Shown here: positions 23,201-38,200 of the stretch, piece by piece
Numbering within the stretch: the stretch's first letter is position 1
Layout of the letters: each line of letters begins with the position of its first letter
Origin: Bacteroidales bacterium
GTDB taxonomy: Bacteria > Bacteroidota > Bacteroidia > Bacteroidales > Paludibacteraceae
Direction: 5' to 3'
DNA: 64,000 bases
Assembly: GCA_900769555.1 (NCBI GenBank)
Contig: CAAGHA010000043.1
Coordinates: 30,175-94,174 of the forward strand
Translations under genes and position numbers: made by a program
Notes under the pieces: generated by a model
What the model was told of the DNA's origin: nothing
The model's database searches: none
What the model saw: the letters and a program-made list of their open reading frames with translations, nothing else

Positions 23201-26200
23201 GAGAAATATTCTCCAACAATCAACGAGACAACAAAGTATATTCTTACGGGAAATAATACATTCGGATGTTTGGGTGAAGCAAAATTCACTGTAAACACCA
23301 AAGAGTATCCAAAAGTGATTGCTCCAGATACAACCTCATGTAAGGGAATGCCATCGACTGTAAAAGTGACCGATGGAAATGCAGACTACTATACATGGGA
23401 ATGGACTGAAGGTAACGAGAAAAAAAGTGTCAATGGTGTCTCTTATTCTGAAATATTGACAGAAACAAGAGTGTACCAATTGACAGGAACAAAAGATGGA
23501 TGTACAACAAATCCTATCTCCGTTGTAGCAAAAGTAAATGAATTACCGATATTAACAATTGCTGCAAAACATAACAAAAATGAAGAACCTGTCGTAATGT
23601 GTTTTAATGACATAGACACATTGATTGCTTCAGGAGCTAAATCATACTCATGGTCTAAAATTAGTGGATTAACACAAAGTGAAGAGCAAACAGAAGAGGC
23701 TGAAATAATTCCAACATCAGTCGGTGAACATATCTATAGTGTATCAGGAACAGATGATAATGGCTGTACCAATACTCAAGAGATTACAGTTAAAGTAAAT
23801 CCACTTCCTATTGTATCAATAAGTGCAACGCCTTCAATTTGCTATGGATCAGAAACTGATTTAGTTGTTGAAGGAGCAGAATCATACCATTGGAGTTGGA
23901 CAACAAACGGGCAAATGGAAGAAAATACAACTGATAAAGTAAACAAGAAGTTGTATGCAACAACCTTATTCAATGTAATAGGAACAGATGCAAATGGTTG
24001 TTCTAGTTTACCTGTAAAACAAGTAATCACAGTAAAAGATGCTCCTACCCTATCCTGGACTCCGGATACGTTGAGCATCTGTAACGGAGAGAATGCCACT
24101 CTAACCATCAATGGTGCCACTTCCATTGATTGGGAAGATAATATCACAACCGGAAGTACTCGCACATTCTACAATCTGAATGCGAAAGATGCTGTAAAAG
24201 GTATCATCAACTACTCTTTCAAAGCATGGAACAACGGATGTTCAAAAGATACAACCATCGCTGTAAGAGTTAATTCGTTGCCTGAAATTACATTCGAGAC
24301 AACTAGTGGAAGAGATAAAAATGGACAACGAATCGTCTGCGTTAACGAAGAGTTTACTTTAAAAGCTGTATCCGAAGGTAGTAGCTTTGTATGGAATACA
24401 ACAGAGAGTGCAGAGAGTATCACAAAAAAACATAAAAACACAGGTGTTGTAAACTACATCGTAACCGCAACCAAAAAGTATGGTAACACACAATGTAGCA
24501 ACAAAAACACTTATACTATCAATGTTGTAGAGAATCCTACCATTAAGATTAATAGTGAGATTGCTGGAGACACTGCAGTATGTAATGGTAATCAATTTAC
24601 ACTGTCCGCAAGCGGAATAAATGGCAATGGTTACACCTGGTATGAAAATGGAACACCTAAAGCTCAAATTGCTACCGGTGTAAGCAGTTACACTTCAACA
24701 GCAACAAACAATGTAAGTTACTATGTTGAAGCAAAAGATGAAAATGAGTGTGTTGGAAATGCTACATTCGACGTGGTGATAAAAGAAAATCCAACATTTG
24801 ATGTTAGTACAAAAGCAATATGTTCAGGAGAGACAGCAAATATCAATTTGACCAATCGTTCTTCTAACACTCAATTTGCATGGTCTTGGAACAACGGTAC
24901 GGGAAATATTGAAAATGCAACTTCCGTTAGTCATAAGTTGGAACAAGAGAGAACATATACAATTACCGCAAACAAGGAGAATTGTATCACTCAAAAAGAG
25001 ATTACTGTAACTGTTAATGCTCTTCCAGAATTTACAATTGAAGGAAAAACTGAAATTTGTAATAAAGAAGAGGTTAATCTATCGGTAAAAACTAATGATA
25101 ATACATTATATAGTTACGAGTGGACAAACAATAGTGGAACTAATATCTCGAATAGTGAGTCTATAAGCGAAAAACCTAATAGCTCAACAATTTACAGAGT
25201 TAATGTTAAAAACAACACAACAACTTGCTCTCAAACAAAAACTTTAAATATAACTGTTAATCCTTTGCCTATTTTGAGGATTGAACAAGAAAATGCAGCT
25301 TGCGTTGGCAACACGGTAAATTTAATTGCAAGCGGAGCAGATTTTAGCTACAAATGGCTAAAAGAATCAAAAGATGAAAGCGGAGATAATCAAAACACAA
25401 TCTCTATTCCGATTACAGCCCAAAGTGCAGAGGACACTATCGTGTATGTTGTGGGAGAAAATCAAAAAGGCTGTATTGATACAATTAGTTACTCACTAAC
25501 AAAATTAGAAAAACCGGTTATCACAATCAGTGGAATAAATGATCGTTGCGTTGGAGATGGAGAAAAAACAATAGTACTATCCGGAGCAACCAAATACACA
25601 TGGACTTCTGAAGGAAATTATGTTGGAAATACATTTACTGAGAAATTAACAAGCGATAAGACTTATACCGTTAAGGTTGAGTCGGGAGAATGTATGGCAG
25701 ATACAACATTCAAAGTAAAAGTAAACAATTTGCCAAATGTTTACATAACTGCAGAAAATGGATTAAGTAAAACTGATACGACAATTTGTTTGAACGATGA
25801 GATCAATTTAGTTGCAACAGCTACCAATTGTGAATACAAGTGGAATACATTGGAAACAACAAATATGATTCCGGCAAAAGCGACCTCTTTGATTGCTCAA
25901 AAATACAATGTAATAGCTACGGATAAAACCACAAAATGTTCAAACAAAGCAGAATATGTTGTGAATGTAAATCCTTTGCCTAACGTTCAAATTCAAGTCG
26001 ATGAATTGGCTTATTGCAAAGACACAAAGGTAGAATTAAATGCAAACGAAATCTACAATAGTTACCTATGGAGTGCTGACGGTAATACAAAAGGATCAAA
26101 TAAGACAATCAAATACACATTAGATAAAACAACAAAATTCAGACTTGATGTTGTCGATAACAACAAGTGTAAGAATTTTGACACAATAGAAATTGTTGCA

Positions 26201-29200
26201 AAAGATTATCCTATTTTTGCAGTAAATGCTCCTGCTGTATGTTATGATAAATATCCAACACTTAGTGTAGATAAGAATAATAGCACTGCGGACTATTATA
26301 TATGGCCGGATGGAACAAACAACAACTCATCCTGGACTGCTAGTACAAGTCTCAAAGAGGAAATAAGTTATAAGGTTACCGCTTCTAAAAATGGTTGTAC
26401 TGTAGAAAAGAATGTAAAAGTTCCTCTATTTAACTTACCGAAAATCTCTTTTGAGGTTAATGGTAAAGCTGTAACAGGCAACTACGAAGTATGCTCCAAT
26501 GATAATCAATTGACAATTGAAGCAAAAGTAAGTAGTGATAATTTACAAAATGTTCAGTACAACTGGGAACAAGGAACAACAACTTCTGAAATAGTAGTAA
26601 CACCTACAGACAAAACCAATTACTCGATAACAGTTACCGATGGAAATGGATGTATAAACAATGCAATTCAAACAATTATTGTTAATGAACCAAGCATAGT
26701 AACAATAGAGGGTGTAAAAGAATCTTGCGAAGGAAATGAATTCAAATTAACTGCAACTGGTGCAAATTCCTATGAATGGAAGGTAACACCTGATAACACA
26801 AGCAACTATACAATCGACGGAAATATCCTTAACTATAAAGGAATTCAAGAGAATGTAACATTTGAAGTAATCGGAACAAATGGAAAGAATTGTAAGAGTG
26901 ATGCTGTTAGTCATACCGTTACTATGATTGCTAATCCTGCACTAACAATCATCCCTTCACCTGACCAACGATCAGTATGTAAAGGTAGCAACCTAAGTTT
27001 AACGGCAACATCCGGAGCTAATGTCGCTATCCAATGGGAAGGCTCTGAAATCGGATATTTGGATTATCGTTTCAATGCTGAAGAATCCGGCGAAAAAGTG
27101 CTAAAAGTAACAGCTAAAACTACTCAAGGATGTAAGAATGACTCAATTGTAAAAATTATCGTAAACGATTTACCGACGTTTACAATTAAAGGAAACGACT
27201 TCTGTTTGGGAACTACAACTGAGTTAAAAGCAGAAGGAAATGACTTATCATTCTCTTGGGTAGGATTCTCAAAAAATGTCAATCCGGTAAATGTTAGTAA
27301 GAGTGGAACTTACAAAGTAACCGGTACAGATGGAAACAACTGTTCAAGACAAGACTCAATCAGTGTTACAGCCTTTAGCAATCCGGACTTTATCATTACA
27401 CAACAAAATATTTCTTGGAGCGACGATAATACGGCTTGTAAAGATTCTACGATTACATTGGCTGCTCAAGGGGGGAACTATACTTATGATTGGTACACGA
27501 AAGAGAATGACATCTTAACAGAGTTCCAAAAGTCATCATCTACAATTGAACCAACCATAACAAGAGATGTAATATTTGTAGCAAATGCGACAATTAAACA
27601 TAACGAAAATTTACAATGTGAAACACAAAAAGAGTACATTGTAAAGATAAAAGAGGCTCCAATATTCGAATTGGATGCACCAACTGTCTGCGCCGGAAAT
27701 ACTTCAAGAATCAAGGTTAAAAATGGCGTAAATGGAACTACCTACGAATGGAAATGGGATGGTGGTTCACAAGCCGGAGGAACGTACCACGAAGAGATAC
27801 TCACTGCAAATAAAGAGTTTATTGTTATTGGTACAAAAGATCATTGTTCATATCAAGTTGTAAAAACTGCAGAGGTTTATGAATTACCTCAAATGAGTGC
27901 AATCACAGGAGCAGATAATGATGTTTGTATTGGTGACACAGTCATACTGAGTGAAAATGCAACAACAAACAACACTCCTCTCACCTACTCTTGGAAAGCA
28001 AATAAAGATTTAGGTAGTATAATCGACAAAGAGAGTGAATCTACAAGAGTTTCACCTACTCAAATTGGAACAAGAACTTATACAGTAACAGCAACCGACA
28101 ATAAAGGTTGTAACAATACTATATCAAAAGAGATGTTTGTCAATCCGTTACCAAACGTAAAAGTGATTGGTGAGACCGAAATATGTGTTGGACAAGAGAC
28201 AAACTTAACCATCGATGGTGGTTATGAAACTGCTTGGTTCGAATATGATAAAGCAAACAAAAAAATTGGGAAAGAATTGTTTAAAACCATTAATGGAACA
28301 GAAAATGGATTTAAACAGAAGATTGATAATGTAACATCATTCTACGTTGAAATCTTAGACGAAAATGAATGTAGCAACGGAAAAGTGGTCGATGTTACAT
28401 TAAAGACACTACCTAATATCCAATTGGTGGGTCAAACTAAAATTTGTAAAGGTGATGAAACTACCATTTCGATTTTAGGTAATTCAGGTGGTAAAAACTA
28501 CTTCACAAATGCTGCAACAGGCGAGTTTGAAACTGAGTCTGTAACATCTAAAGTCTTGTCTCCAACTCAGACAACAACTTACAAAATCAGAGTTGAGACT
28601 GCTAATAATTGCATTATAGATACTTCAATCACAATCATTGTAAACCCTCTTCCTGAAATTACAATCAATGGAGTTAAAGAAGGGGAATCAATAATTTGTA
28701 TGAAAGATCAAATTGAATTGCAGGCTGCCTCTAATACAAACAGTGAGTTTACTTGGAACAACAGAGAAACATCTGAAACAATAACTGTAGCTCCTCTTGC
28801 TTCTACTCAATACTATGTAGAGGGTGTTGATAATGTAACTCGTTGTAGAAATACGGCTACATACAATATTGTAGTAAAAGAACTTCCAACCATCATTATA
28901 AAGGGAGAAAGTTATACTTGTAAAGATAGTACTGTTACTTTAACGATTTCTAATGCAGTAAACAATTATACTTATGTATGGGAAGACAACAAAGCTACAG
29001 GAAAAACATATGAACCTACAATCACAGAAGATACAGTAATCAGAGTAACTGCAACTGATAACTCGGCACAACAATGTAGTTCAATAGATAGTTTCAGAGT
29101 GAAAGTGAAGGAAAACCCGGAAATTCAAATTACCAATAATAATCCAATTGTTTGTAAAGGAGATTACTTCACTGTTAATGTTGGTTCAAACTTAGCATCT

Positions 29201-32200
29201 TGTACTTATAAATGGGAAGGAACTTCAATCGTTAACAATTCAAATACTCTTCGAGAAAAATTAGATAATGACAAAGTATACAAAGTCTATGTATCTAAAG
29301 ATGGTTGTACTTCCAATAAAGTCATCAACGCAAAAGTTTGGGAACTACCAACTGTAACTGCTGAATTGATTAATGACATAAAAGGTGATACAATCTGTCA
29401 TAACGCTACGGCAGAATTGAAAGCTACTGCCAATGGTGGTACTTATCCTTATCACTACAATTGGATAAGTAATGTAATCTCAACCGAAGACTCTGAGACC
29501 ATAGAAACTGAAAAATTAACCACTACAAACAGACCATACTCAGTGATAGTAGAGGTTACTGATAATAATAATTGTAAGGGTTTGGATACAGTTGATATTA
29601 ATGTTAAACCAAATCCTGTAATACGTATTGATGGAGATAAATTCGTTTGTAATGGAATGACCGGAACTTACACGGCAACGGGTGCCGGTGTAGGAGGAAC
29701 ATATTCATGGGAAAGTGGAGAAACTACTGAATCTATAACTCCTACAATTGAATCAGATAAAACAATTACTGTTATAGGAACTGATATATATGGTTGTAAA
29801 GGAACATCCAATCCGTTTAATATTGCCATGAAAAATCTTCCTAAACTTATGATTTACGGAGATACTTCGATTTGTGAAGGTGCTTCAACCAAGATCAGTT
29901 TATCCGGTGCAGGTGCTGACGAAGATAACTATCTATGGACAGAAGGTGAAAACAAAATTTATACAGCCAATAGAACATTATCTCCAAATGTAACAACAAC
30001 TTACAAGGTAACCGGTACTCAGAATGGATGTTCTGCCGATAGAACATTTACAATTACTGTAAATAAACTACCGATAATCAATATTAATGATAAAAATAAT
30101 GGTACGGAGGCAATCTGTTTGAAAGAGGAGATTGTTTTGAATGCGAACGTTGATAATCCGCAAAATCACACCTTCTTATGGAACAACAACACCCAAGAAA
30201 GTTCCATTACAGTAACCCCTGTAATAGATACAAAATATAGTGTAAGAGTAACAAACAAAGAGACCAATTGTGTACAAGTAGATACGTTTGAAGTGATTGT
30301 TAATCCTCTTCCTGAATTTGATATTAATGCAGATGATGCCGTTTGCAACAATTCAGACATCAAAGTTTCTCTTGACCCTAAGGATGATAATCTTTGGGAA
30401 ACATCTAAAGTAATTGTCGAGTGGACTAAAGACAACTCTCCTATCACTGTACAAGGAGAAAGTTTCACCGAAACTTTAAGCAAAAAAACTGAATATTCAG
30501 TAAAAGCTACTGTCTCAACTACAAATTGTTCTGATACAAAGAGTAAAACGGTAGATGTTAAAGAGGTTCCTACCTTGACAATTAATGCTGATGATGATGT
30601 ATGTTTGGGTAAAGATGTCGAATTATATGTTGAAGGAAATGCTCATACCTACTTATGGCCGGATAATAAAAGAAGATCTGTAAAAAGTTGGAAAGATACC
30701 ACAAACCACTCTGCCGAAAAAGTCGATTACAAAGTAGTTGCTATTAATATCTACTCAGTCAACGGTAAAAATCTTGAATGTAGTACTGAAGAGATTGAAA
30801 GTGTAAACATTCGTGAGTTACCAAACATTAAAATTGATGGTCCGGCTCTCGTTTGTAAAGATGAACCTATTGATTTAATTGTATCTGAAATTAGTGATCC
30901 GTCACAAGAAGTAACATACAAATGGAATACGACCGATAATGATGTTACTGCTAAAATAACTGTTAAACCAACAACAACAAAATCTGAATACAAAGTAACC
31001 GCTACAAATGAATACGGATGTACAAAAGATGCATCTTACAACTTAAATGCTCATGATAAACCAACCTTTAATTTTGGTGGTGAAACTAGATATTGTAAGG
31101 GTGAAGATGCAGCAATAAGTATATTGGGTAACAATGTTCAATCTATTGTATGGAACTATGTAGATGAAAATGGAACTATAATAGATGGTGAAGTTCCTAC
31201 CACGAATAACATTGCAAAACCTACAGTTAATGAGGATATTCGATTAAAAGCATTCGTAACTAGCACAGAAGGATGTCAGTCTGAAGGTATAATAGATATT
31301 GCTACAAAAGAACTCCCTGTATTAGTGCCAAATTTCAAGGATGAGGTGTGTGTGGGTTCTCCTTTTGACATCTCTGTATCGGGCGCTAGAACATGGACTT
31401 GGAAAGATACTAGTGCAACAACATCTTCTTTAATTGGTTTGAGAATTTATAACGATACGGATTATACAGTATATGGAACCACTGAAGGTTGTACTTCTGA
31501 GAAGGTAATTACAATTAAAACAAAACCGTTGCCAAACATTTTAATTAATGATGGAAAAGATACTGCTATCTGCTTCAATGAATCAATAGAATTGAAGGCT
31601 ACCGGAGGAGTGTTGTACAAGTGGGATAATGAAAATCAAACCGACTTCGAAGCAATTGATAAAATAACTAAATCTCCTACCGGTGGTGTAACTTATAAAG
31701 TAACAGGTAGAGGTGAAAATGGATGTGAAAATAGTGCTACAATAAACGTAAGCATTAATGATTTGCCGAAATTTGATCTAAGTTATATCAAAGAAGCTTG
31801 CGATAGTACATCTGTCGATATTACAGCTTCTAATACGGAATTGACTTATTTTTGGAATAATGAAACAACTCCAAGTGTTTCAAATACCTACACAGAAAAA
31901 GAGATTAGAAAAGATGTTAAAGGAGGTGTTTATGGTATTGATAAAAACAATTGTAAGAATTTCAATGAATACAATATCACATGGAAACCAAATCCTAAAT
32001 TAGTGATTACCGGTAATAATGTTTGTAAAAATGACCAGGTTTCTTTGAACGTAAAAGATACTTCAATTACAATCAATTACAATACTGAATTTTTATGGGA
32101 AGGTATAACTAAGGGAGCTAATTTTAGAAGTGAAGCTTTAACAAAAGACAGAGTATTCAGAGTTGTTGCAACGAAAAATGGATGTTCAACTGAAGATTCT

Positions 32201-35200
32201 ATAGAGATTAAGGTAAATGAGTTGCCGAACATCTTAATCAACGATGGTAACGAATATGCTTACGTATGTAATGGGGATAGTGTAACTCTAAATGCTTCCG
32301 GAAGTGACATCAACAAATATACTTGGGATAATAAAACACAAGAAACAGGTATCACCTACAAAGTAAGACCGATAAAAACTGAGACAACCTATCATTTGGA
32401 AGGAACTGACAATTTGGGATGTAAGAATAGTGATGAAATTGTTGTTGTAATAACTCCGAAACCAGACTTCTCTATTATCGGTAATAACTTGGTATGTTAT
32501 GGAGAAGATGTTACATTGAATGGTTCGGACGAAGATTTGAATTATGTATGGACAAATGCAGAAGGTGAAACTTTGGGTAATGATATAGAGCTCTCTATTA
32601 AAATCACAAGGGATACCACTCTGTATGTAACCGGAACAGCTAATAATGCAAACAGAACAAATTGCTCTAATACTATTCCATATGAGATTAAGATAAAGGA
32701 TGGACCTGAATTTACAATCAATTCTTTTGATAATAATATTTGTTATGGAAACACCGTTTCAATCTCTTTGTCAGGATATGCAGACAATTACGAATGGTAT
32801 AGAAATGATACGTTGATTTCTACGAAGGAAAATATGAGCGACGTGATTATGGCAAATCAAACTTATTTCCTAAAAGCGGATAGGAATGGTTGCGACACTA
32901 GCGTCTCAATGGATGTTTTTGTAAAGGCTCTTCCGAAGATTGAAATAACAGGTACTCCTGAAATTTGCTACAATGAAACTACTTCGTTGAAAGCAACAGC
33001 TGGACTTACTTCTTATAGTTGGAAAAATTTGACTACTTCGGGTAATATTGAAAATAACACCGATGAAATTGAAATTACACCAAAAGTTGATACGGAAATA
33101 GAGGTAACTGTTACTGATAATGGATGTGAAAACAAAGATACATTTAAGGTAGTTGTAAACTCTCTTCCTTCATTCAAAATTACTCCAAATGATTATGTCG
33201 TTTGTGAAAATAGTGAAGTTATAATCACTCCTAATAATGAAGAGATAACCTACAAGTGGGAGGATGAAACTAACTATTCTGCACCACTCCCTAAAACTTT
33301 CAATATGGGTGCTTATCCAATGAAAGATACATTTAGAGTGATAGCTAAAACAAATAAAGGTTGTACAAAAACCGATTCTGTCATAATATCAACAAAGGCT
33401 AAACCTCAATTAAATATAATGTTTAACGACTCTATTTGTTGGGGTAAAAAGGCTACAATGACAGGAAATAATAACACTGCTAAATATCAATGGTATGATA
33501 TTACTGATGATGATTATAAAGACGTAGTATTGTCTGAAACTAGCAGTTATACAACAAATGAGTTAACAAGCAACAGAAAATTCAGAAGTGTTGCAATATC
33601 TAATAGTTGCGAGGCTGATACTATCTTTGAAGTTGCAATCAGAGAGATCCCTGCAGTTAATATCGTTAATAGTCCTGAAATTACAATTTGCCGAAATGCT
33701 GAATTGGAATTGATGGCAAATAGTGAAAATGCTATTGAATATAAATGGGATAATAATAGTTATGGAACTAATGTTTCATACATTGTAAATCCTATAAAAG
33801 ACTCAACAGAGTATCGTTTGGCTATAAAGGACATTCACGGATGTGAAAACTTTGACACGGTATTGGTATTGTTGCAAAACAAACCTGAATTTAATATCAT
33901 TGGTAAGACCGATACTTGTCAGGGTGATATGATTACATTAAAAGCAAGTAATGATGCATTGAATTACGAATGGCGAAATAGTGCAAACACTATAATATCA
34001 GAGGGTATAGAATGTGATATAACAATAACGCAAGACACAACAATTTATATCACAGGATATAGCAACGACGACTTGAAGTGTGAAACAACAATTGAACACC
34101 ATGTGATCGCTAACCCATATCCTGTAATTACAGTCATCAAGGATACAAATTATGTTTGTAAAGGAACTCAAGCTTATTTGGAGGTTAAGAGTGATATTGA
34201 TGCAAGCTATTTATGGAATACAAACGAAACAAATCGTTACATCCAAAAAACTATTACGGAAGAGAGTCAATTTACTGTAACCGTAACAAGTAATGTGGGT
34301 GGATGTAAAAGTGATACTTCTTTTGTTGTAAACAAATGGGATTTGCCGATTATCGATGCAAATGATGTTACTATCTGCTATGGAAATTCTGCCGAACTAG
34401 AGGTTACTAATCCATCTGAATCTATCGTATATAGATGGTTGGAGGCTTCTGAAAATGGCAGCAAATTTGTAACCCCTACTCTTACTTCGTTAACTCAATA
34501 CAAAGTGATTGGAACGGATGAAAATTCTTGTGTCGGAGAAAAGAGTGTTGTAGTATCCATCAATCCACTTCCGCAATTCTCATTGAGTAGCATTACTCCT
34601 GTTTGTAGAGGAACAGAAACTACAATTACAGCAAATGATGCTTCTCTATATTACTTATGGGATGGTATAAATTATTCATCCGAAAGTTCTTACTCATCTA
34701 CAATAGAAAAGGATACAACTTTCACTATTTGGGCTAAAGACAACAATCAATGTGAAAATTCAAAATCTATTAAGGTGGCGGTTAAGGAATATCCTACACT
34801 CCAATTTAAGATGGACATTGATACAGTTTGCTTCGGAGGTTCTAAAACTATTTATGTATCGGGAGCTAAGAATGGTTACAAATGGCACGATAATTCTACT
34901 AAGAACTTTATCACAATTGATAATATAACAGAAACAATTTCAGTTTCTGTTGAGGGTACAACCAATGGCTGTACAAGTAGAATCGATACAACCATAAAGG
35001 TTTGGAATCTTCCTGAAATATCAATTGAACCATCGCTTAAAGAAATTTGCTTCAATGACTCTGTTGCATTAACAGCTCAAAATGGTATTTCAGGAAAATA
35101 CAAATGGAATCACAATGGTGCTAATACCGATGATGTTGTAGTTATTCCTAACAAAGTTGGAGAAAACATCTACTCTGTAACCGGTTATGATATTCATGGT

Positions 35201-38200
35201 TGTAAGAATACCGGAGAAGTATCGATTACAGTTAATGCTCTTCCTATTGTAAAAATTGATGGTGAAGCTTATGTTTGTCGCAACGAAAATGCCGAATTGA
35301 CAGCTTCTTCTGAAACTGCAACCTCATTCCAATGGATTGATAACGGAACCGGAATTGGAAACGACGCTATTTTCAAACCGACAATCAGCACAGACGACTC
35401 AACATTTGTTGTTGTAGGTGAGGATGGAAATCATTGTAAGTCAACTGCAGAGTTTGTTGTTTACGCGAAAGAACACCCTACTTTATCTTATCGTACAAAC
35501 ACCGGAAAAGATACTGTATGTTTGGGATCTCCTGTGGTAATTTATATGAGTGGTGCTGATGAATATGTTTGGGAAAGTAATAATAGTACAGAAAGTTCTT
35601 ATTCTGAGGTTATTAACAGTGAAACTCAATTTACTGTCTATGGTACAACTAACGGATGTAGCAGTGATACAACGATTACCATCTCAACATGGAATTTACC
35701 TGTGTTTGGTATTGATGGAGATTCTGTAATCTGTTTGAACAATACTGCGAAGTTATTTACTTACGCAAAAGATGAGAATAGTGTATTAACCTACAAGTGG
35801 AAACATAATGGTAATACAAACGAAACAACATACGAAAGCCCAACTTCAACGAAAAACTATTTTGCAACAGCAACAGATATAAATAATTGTAAGTCTGAAG
35901 AGAGTTTCGAAGTGAAAGTTAATCCGTTACCAACAGACATCAAGATTGAAGGTGAGAGAGCTGTTTGTTTAGATTCTACGGTAACATTAACTGTCTCTGG
36001 TTCGGCTATTGATTATCAATGGGGAAATGGAGCAGTTGGAACAACTATTGATGCAGCTATCGTATCGAAAGACTCTACCTTCTATGTTGTAGGTACTGAT
36101 AAGAATGGTTGTAGTTATGAAACATCTTATAAGGTTGCTTCAATCGAGCATCCTAATTTGATTCAAAATGCTCCGGATTCAGTCTGCTTCGGTTCTAAAA
36201 TAAACATTTCTATAAAAGGGGCGGCAGAATATGTATGGGACGACAATTCTACAAGGAATTACCGTAATGTAGAGATTACGCAAGACACTATGTTCGTTGT
36301 CAGTGGTACATCAAATGGCTGTACCTCTTCTACCACTATTAAAATTGGCAAGATGGATTTGCCTACTATTAAGATTGCTAGTGAAGATGACAAGAATAGT
36401 ATTTGTCGCTACGACTCCATCAAACTATTTGCAACAGGGGGTAAAACATACACTTGGAGTAACAAAGAGGATCGCGAAAATATTATCGTTAACCCATTAG
36501 GTAATACTCAATACATTGTAAAAGGTATCGGCGCTAATGGTTGTCAGAATAGCGACACATTTGATTTGATTGTGAACGATCTTCCAATTGTTAATATAAT
36601 TGGAGAAAAGAGTATTTGCGAAGGTGATGATGTTGAGTTGAAGGCTGAAAGTAGTGATAAATTTACAATCGTAAGTTATTTGTGGGGTAATAATAAAACG
36701 GATCAAACAATTATTGAAACAATAACAGACACTTCTTACTATGCGGTTACTTTAACAGATAGTAATGGTTGTCAAAACAGCGATTCAATTTTGATTCAAT
36801 CCAAACCATATCCTACTATTACTATTGAAGCGCCTGAATATGTTTGTTTGGGTCAATCTGCTATCGTTTCTGTTGAAGGTGCCAACTCATACGTTTGGGG
36901 TGGAAACAGTGATAAAACAGAGAGAAGTTTTGTTGACACTCCTACACAAGATACGCTCTACAAGGTAGCCGGAACAACAAATGGATGTACAACGTTGGCT
37001 GAAAAAATGGTTGAGGTGAAGGCGCTACCTAAGGTAACAATCACAACAGAGGATAGTGCATTTGCAATTTGTTTGAAAGATTCTATCACTTTAACCGCCA
37101 ATGGTGCTAAAACCTATTCTTGGAATACAGGTTATACAGATCAAAAGATTGTTGTATCTCCTTCTATCGCCACAGAATACAAAGTGATTGGTACAGATGA
37201 ATTCGGATGCCAAAACTCAGGTGTATTTAACATCAACATAAATAAGTTGCCGGAATTTACTATAATGGGTAATAACTTGATTTGTGAGGGAGATGTAGAT
37301 ACGTTATGGATTGAAAGTGACGAGAACTTGACTTACTTATGGAATTACCATAATTCTACGTCAGATACAATCTATCCGGTGATTGAGGAAAATACAACAT
37401 TTGAAGTTACTGCTACAAATGAAAACAATTGTACTATAACTCAAAGCTACATTGTTCGTAGCAAACCATATCCTACATTGGAATTCAATAATCCTAAGGC
37501 TATCTGCTACGGTGAAAATGCTGTAATAGTAGTTTCCGGAGCAACGGAATATAAATGGCAAGATGGTTCTACAAACAACTCTTTGATCGTTTCTCCTGAA
37601 AATAATACAACATACACTGTAACGGGTACAACAAGAGGTTGTTCAACAACTGCAAGTACAAACATCAATGTTTGGTCTCTACCTAATGTTGTAATATCAG
37701 ATGCTAAGAAAGATATCTGTATCAATGATCCTATTACATTGACTGCTTCCGGAGCAAGTAGTTATGTATGGAATACAGGTGACACAGAGAAAACAATCAC
37801 TGTTATTCCTACAGGAACAACTGCATTTAATGTTGTTGGTAAAGATTTGAATGGGTGTGAATCTAGAGACACGTTTGTAGTGGAAGTTCATCCTCTTCCG
37901 GTTATCACTATTGATGGTGCGGATGCTGCATGTCAGGATAGTGTGGCTACATTGATTGCTAAAGGTGGATTGAGATATATGTGGAATACAAATGAAACAA
38001 CTGCAGCAATCAGTCCTAAAATTAATAATACTAGAACGTTTATTGTAATCGGATATGATGAATACAATTGTAAATCTACTGCAACTAAAATAGTACGCAA
38101 AAAGGATTATCCTGTATTAACATACACTGCACCAACCAGTATTTGTGATGGAACTATGGCTAATATTAGTGTTGTGGGAGCATCTCAATATATTTGGCAA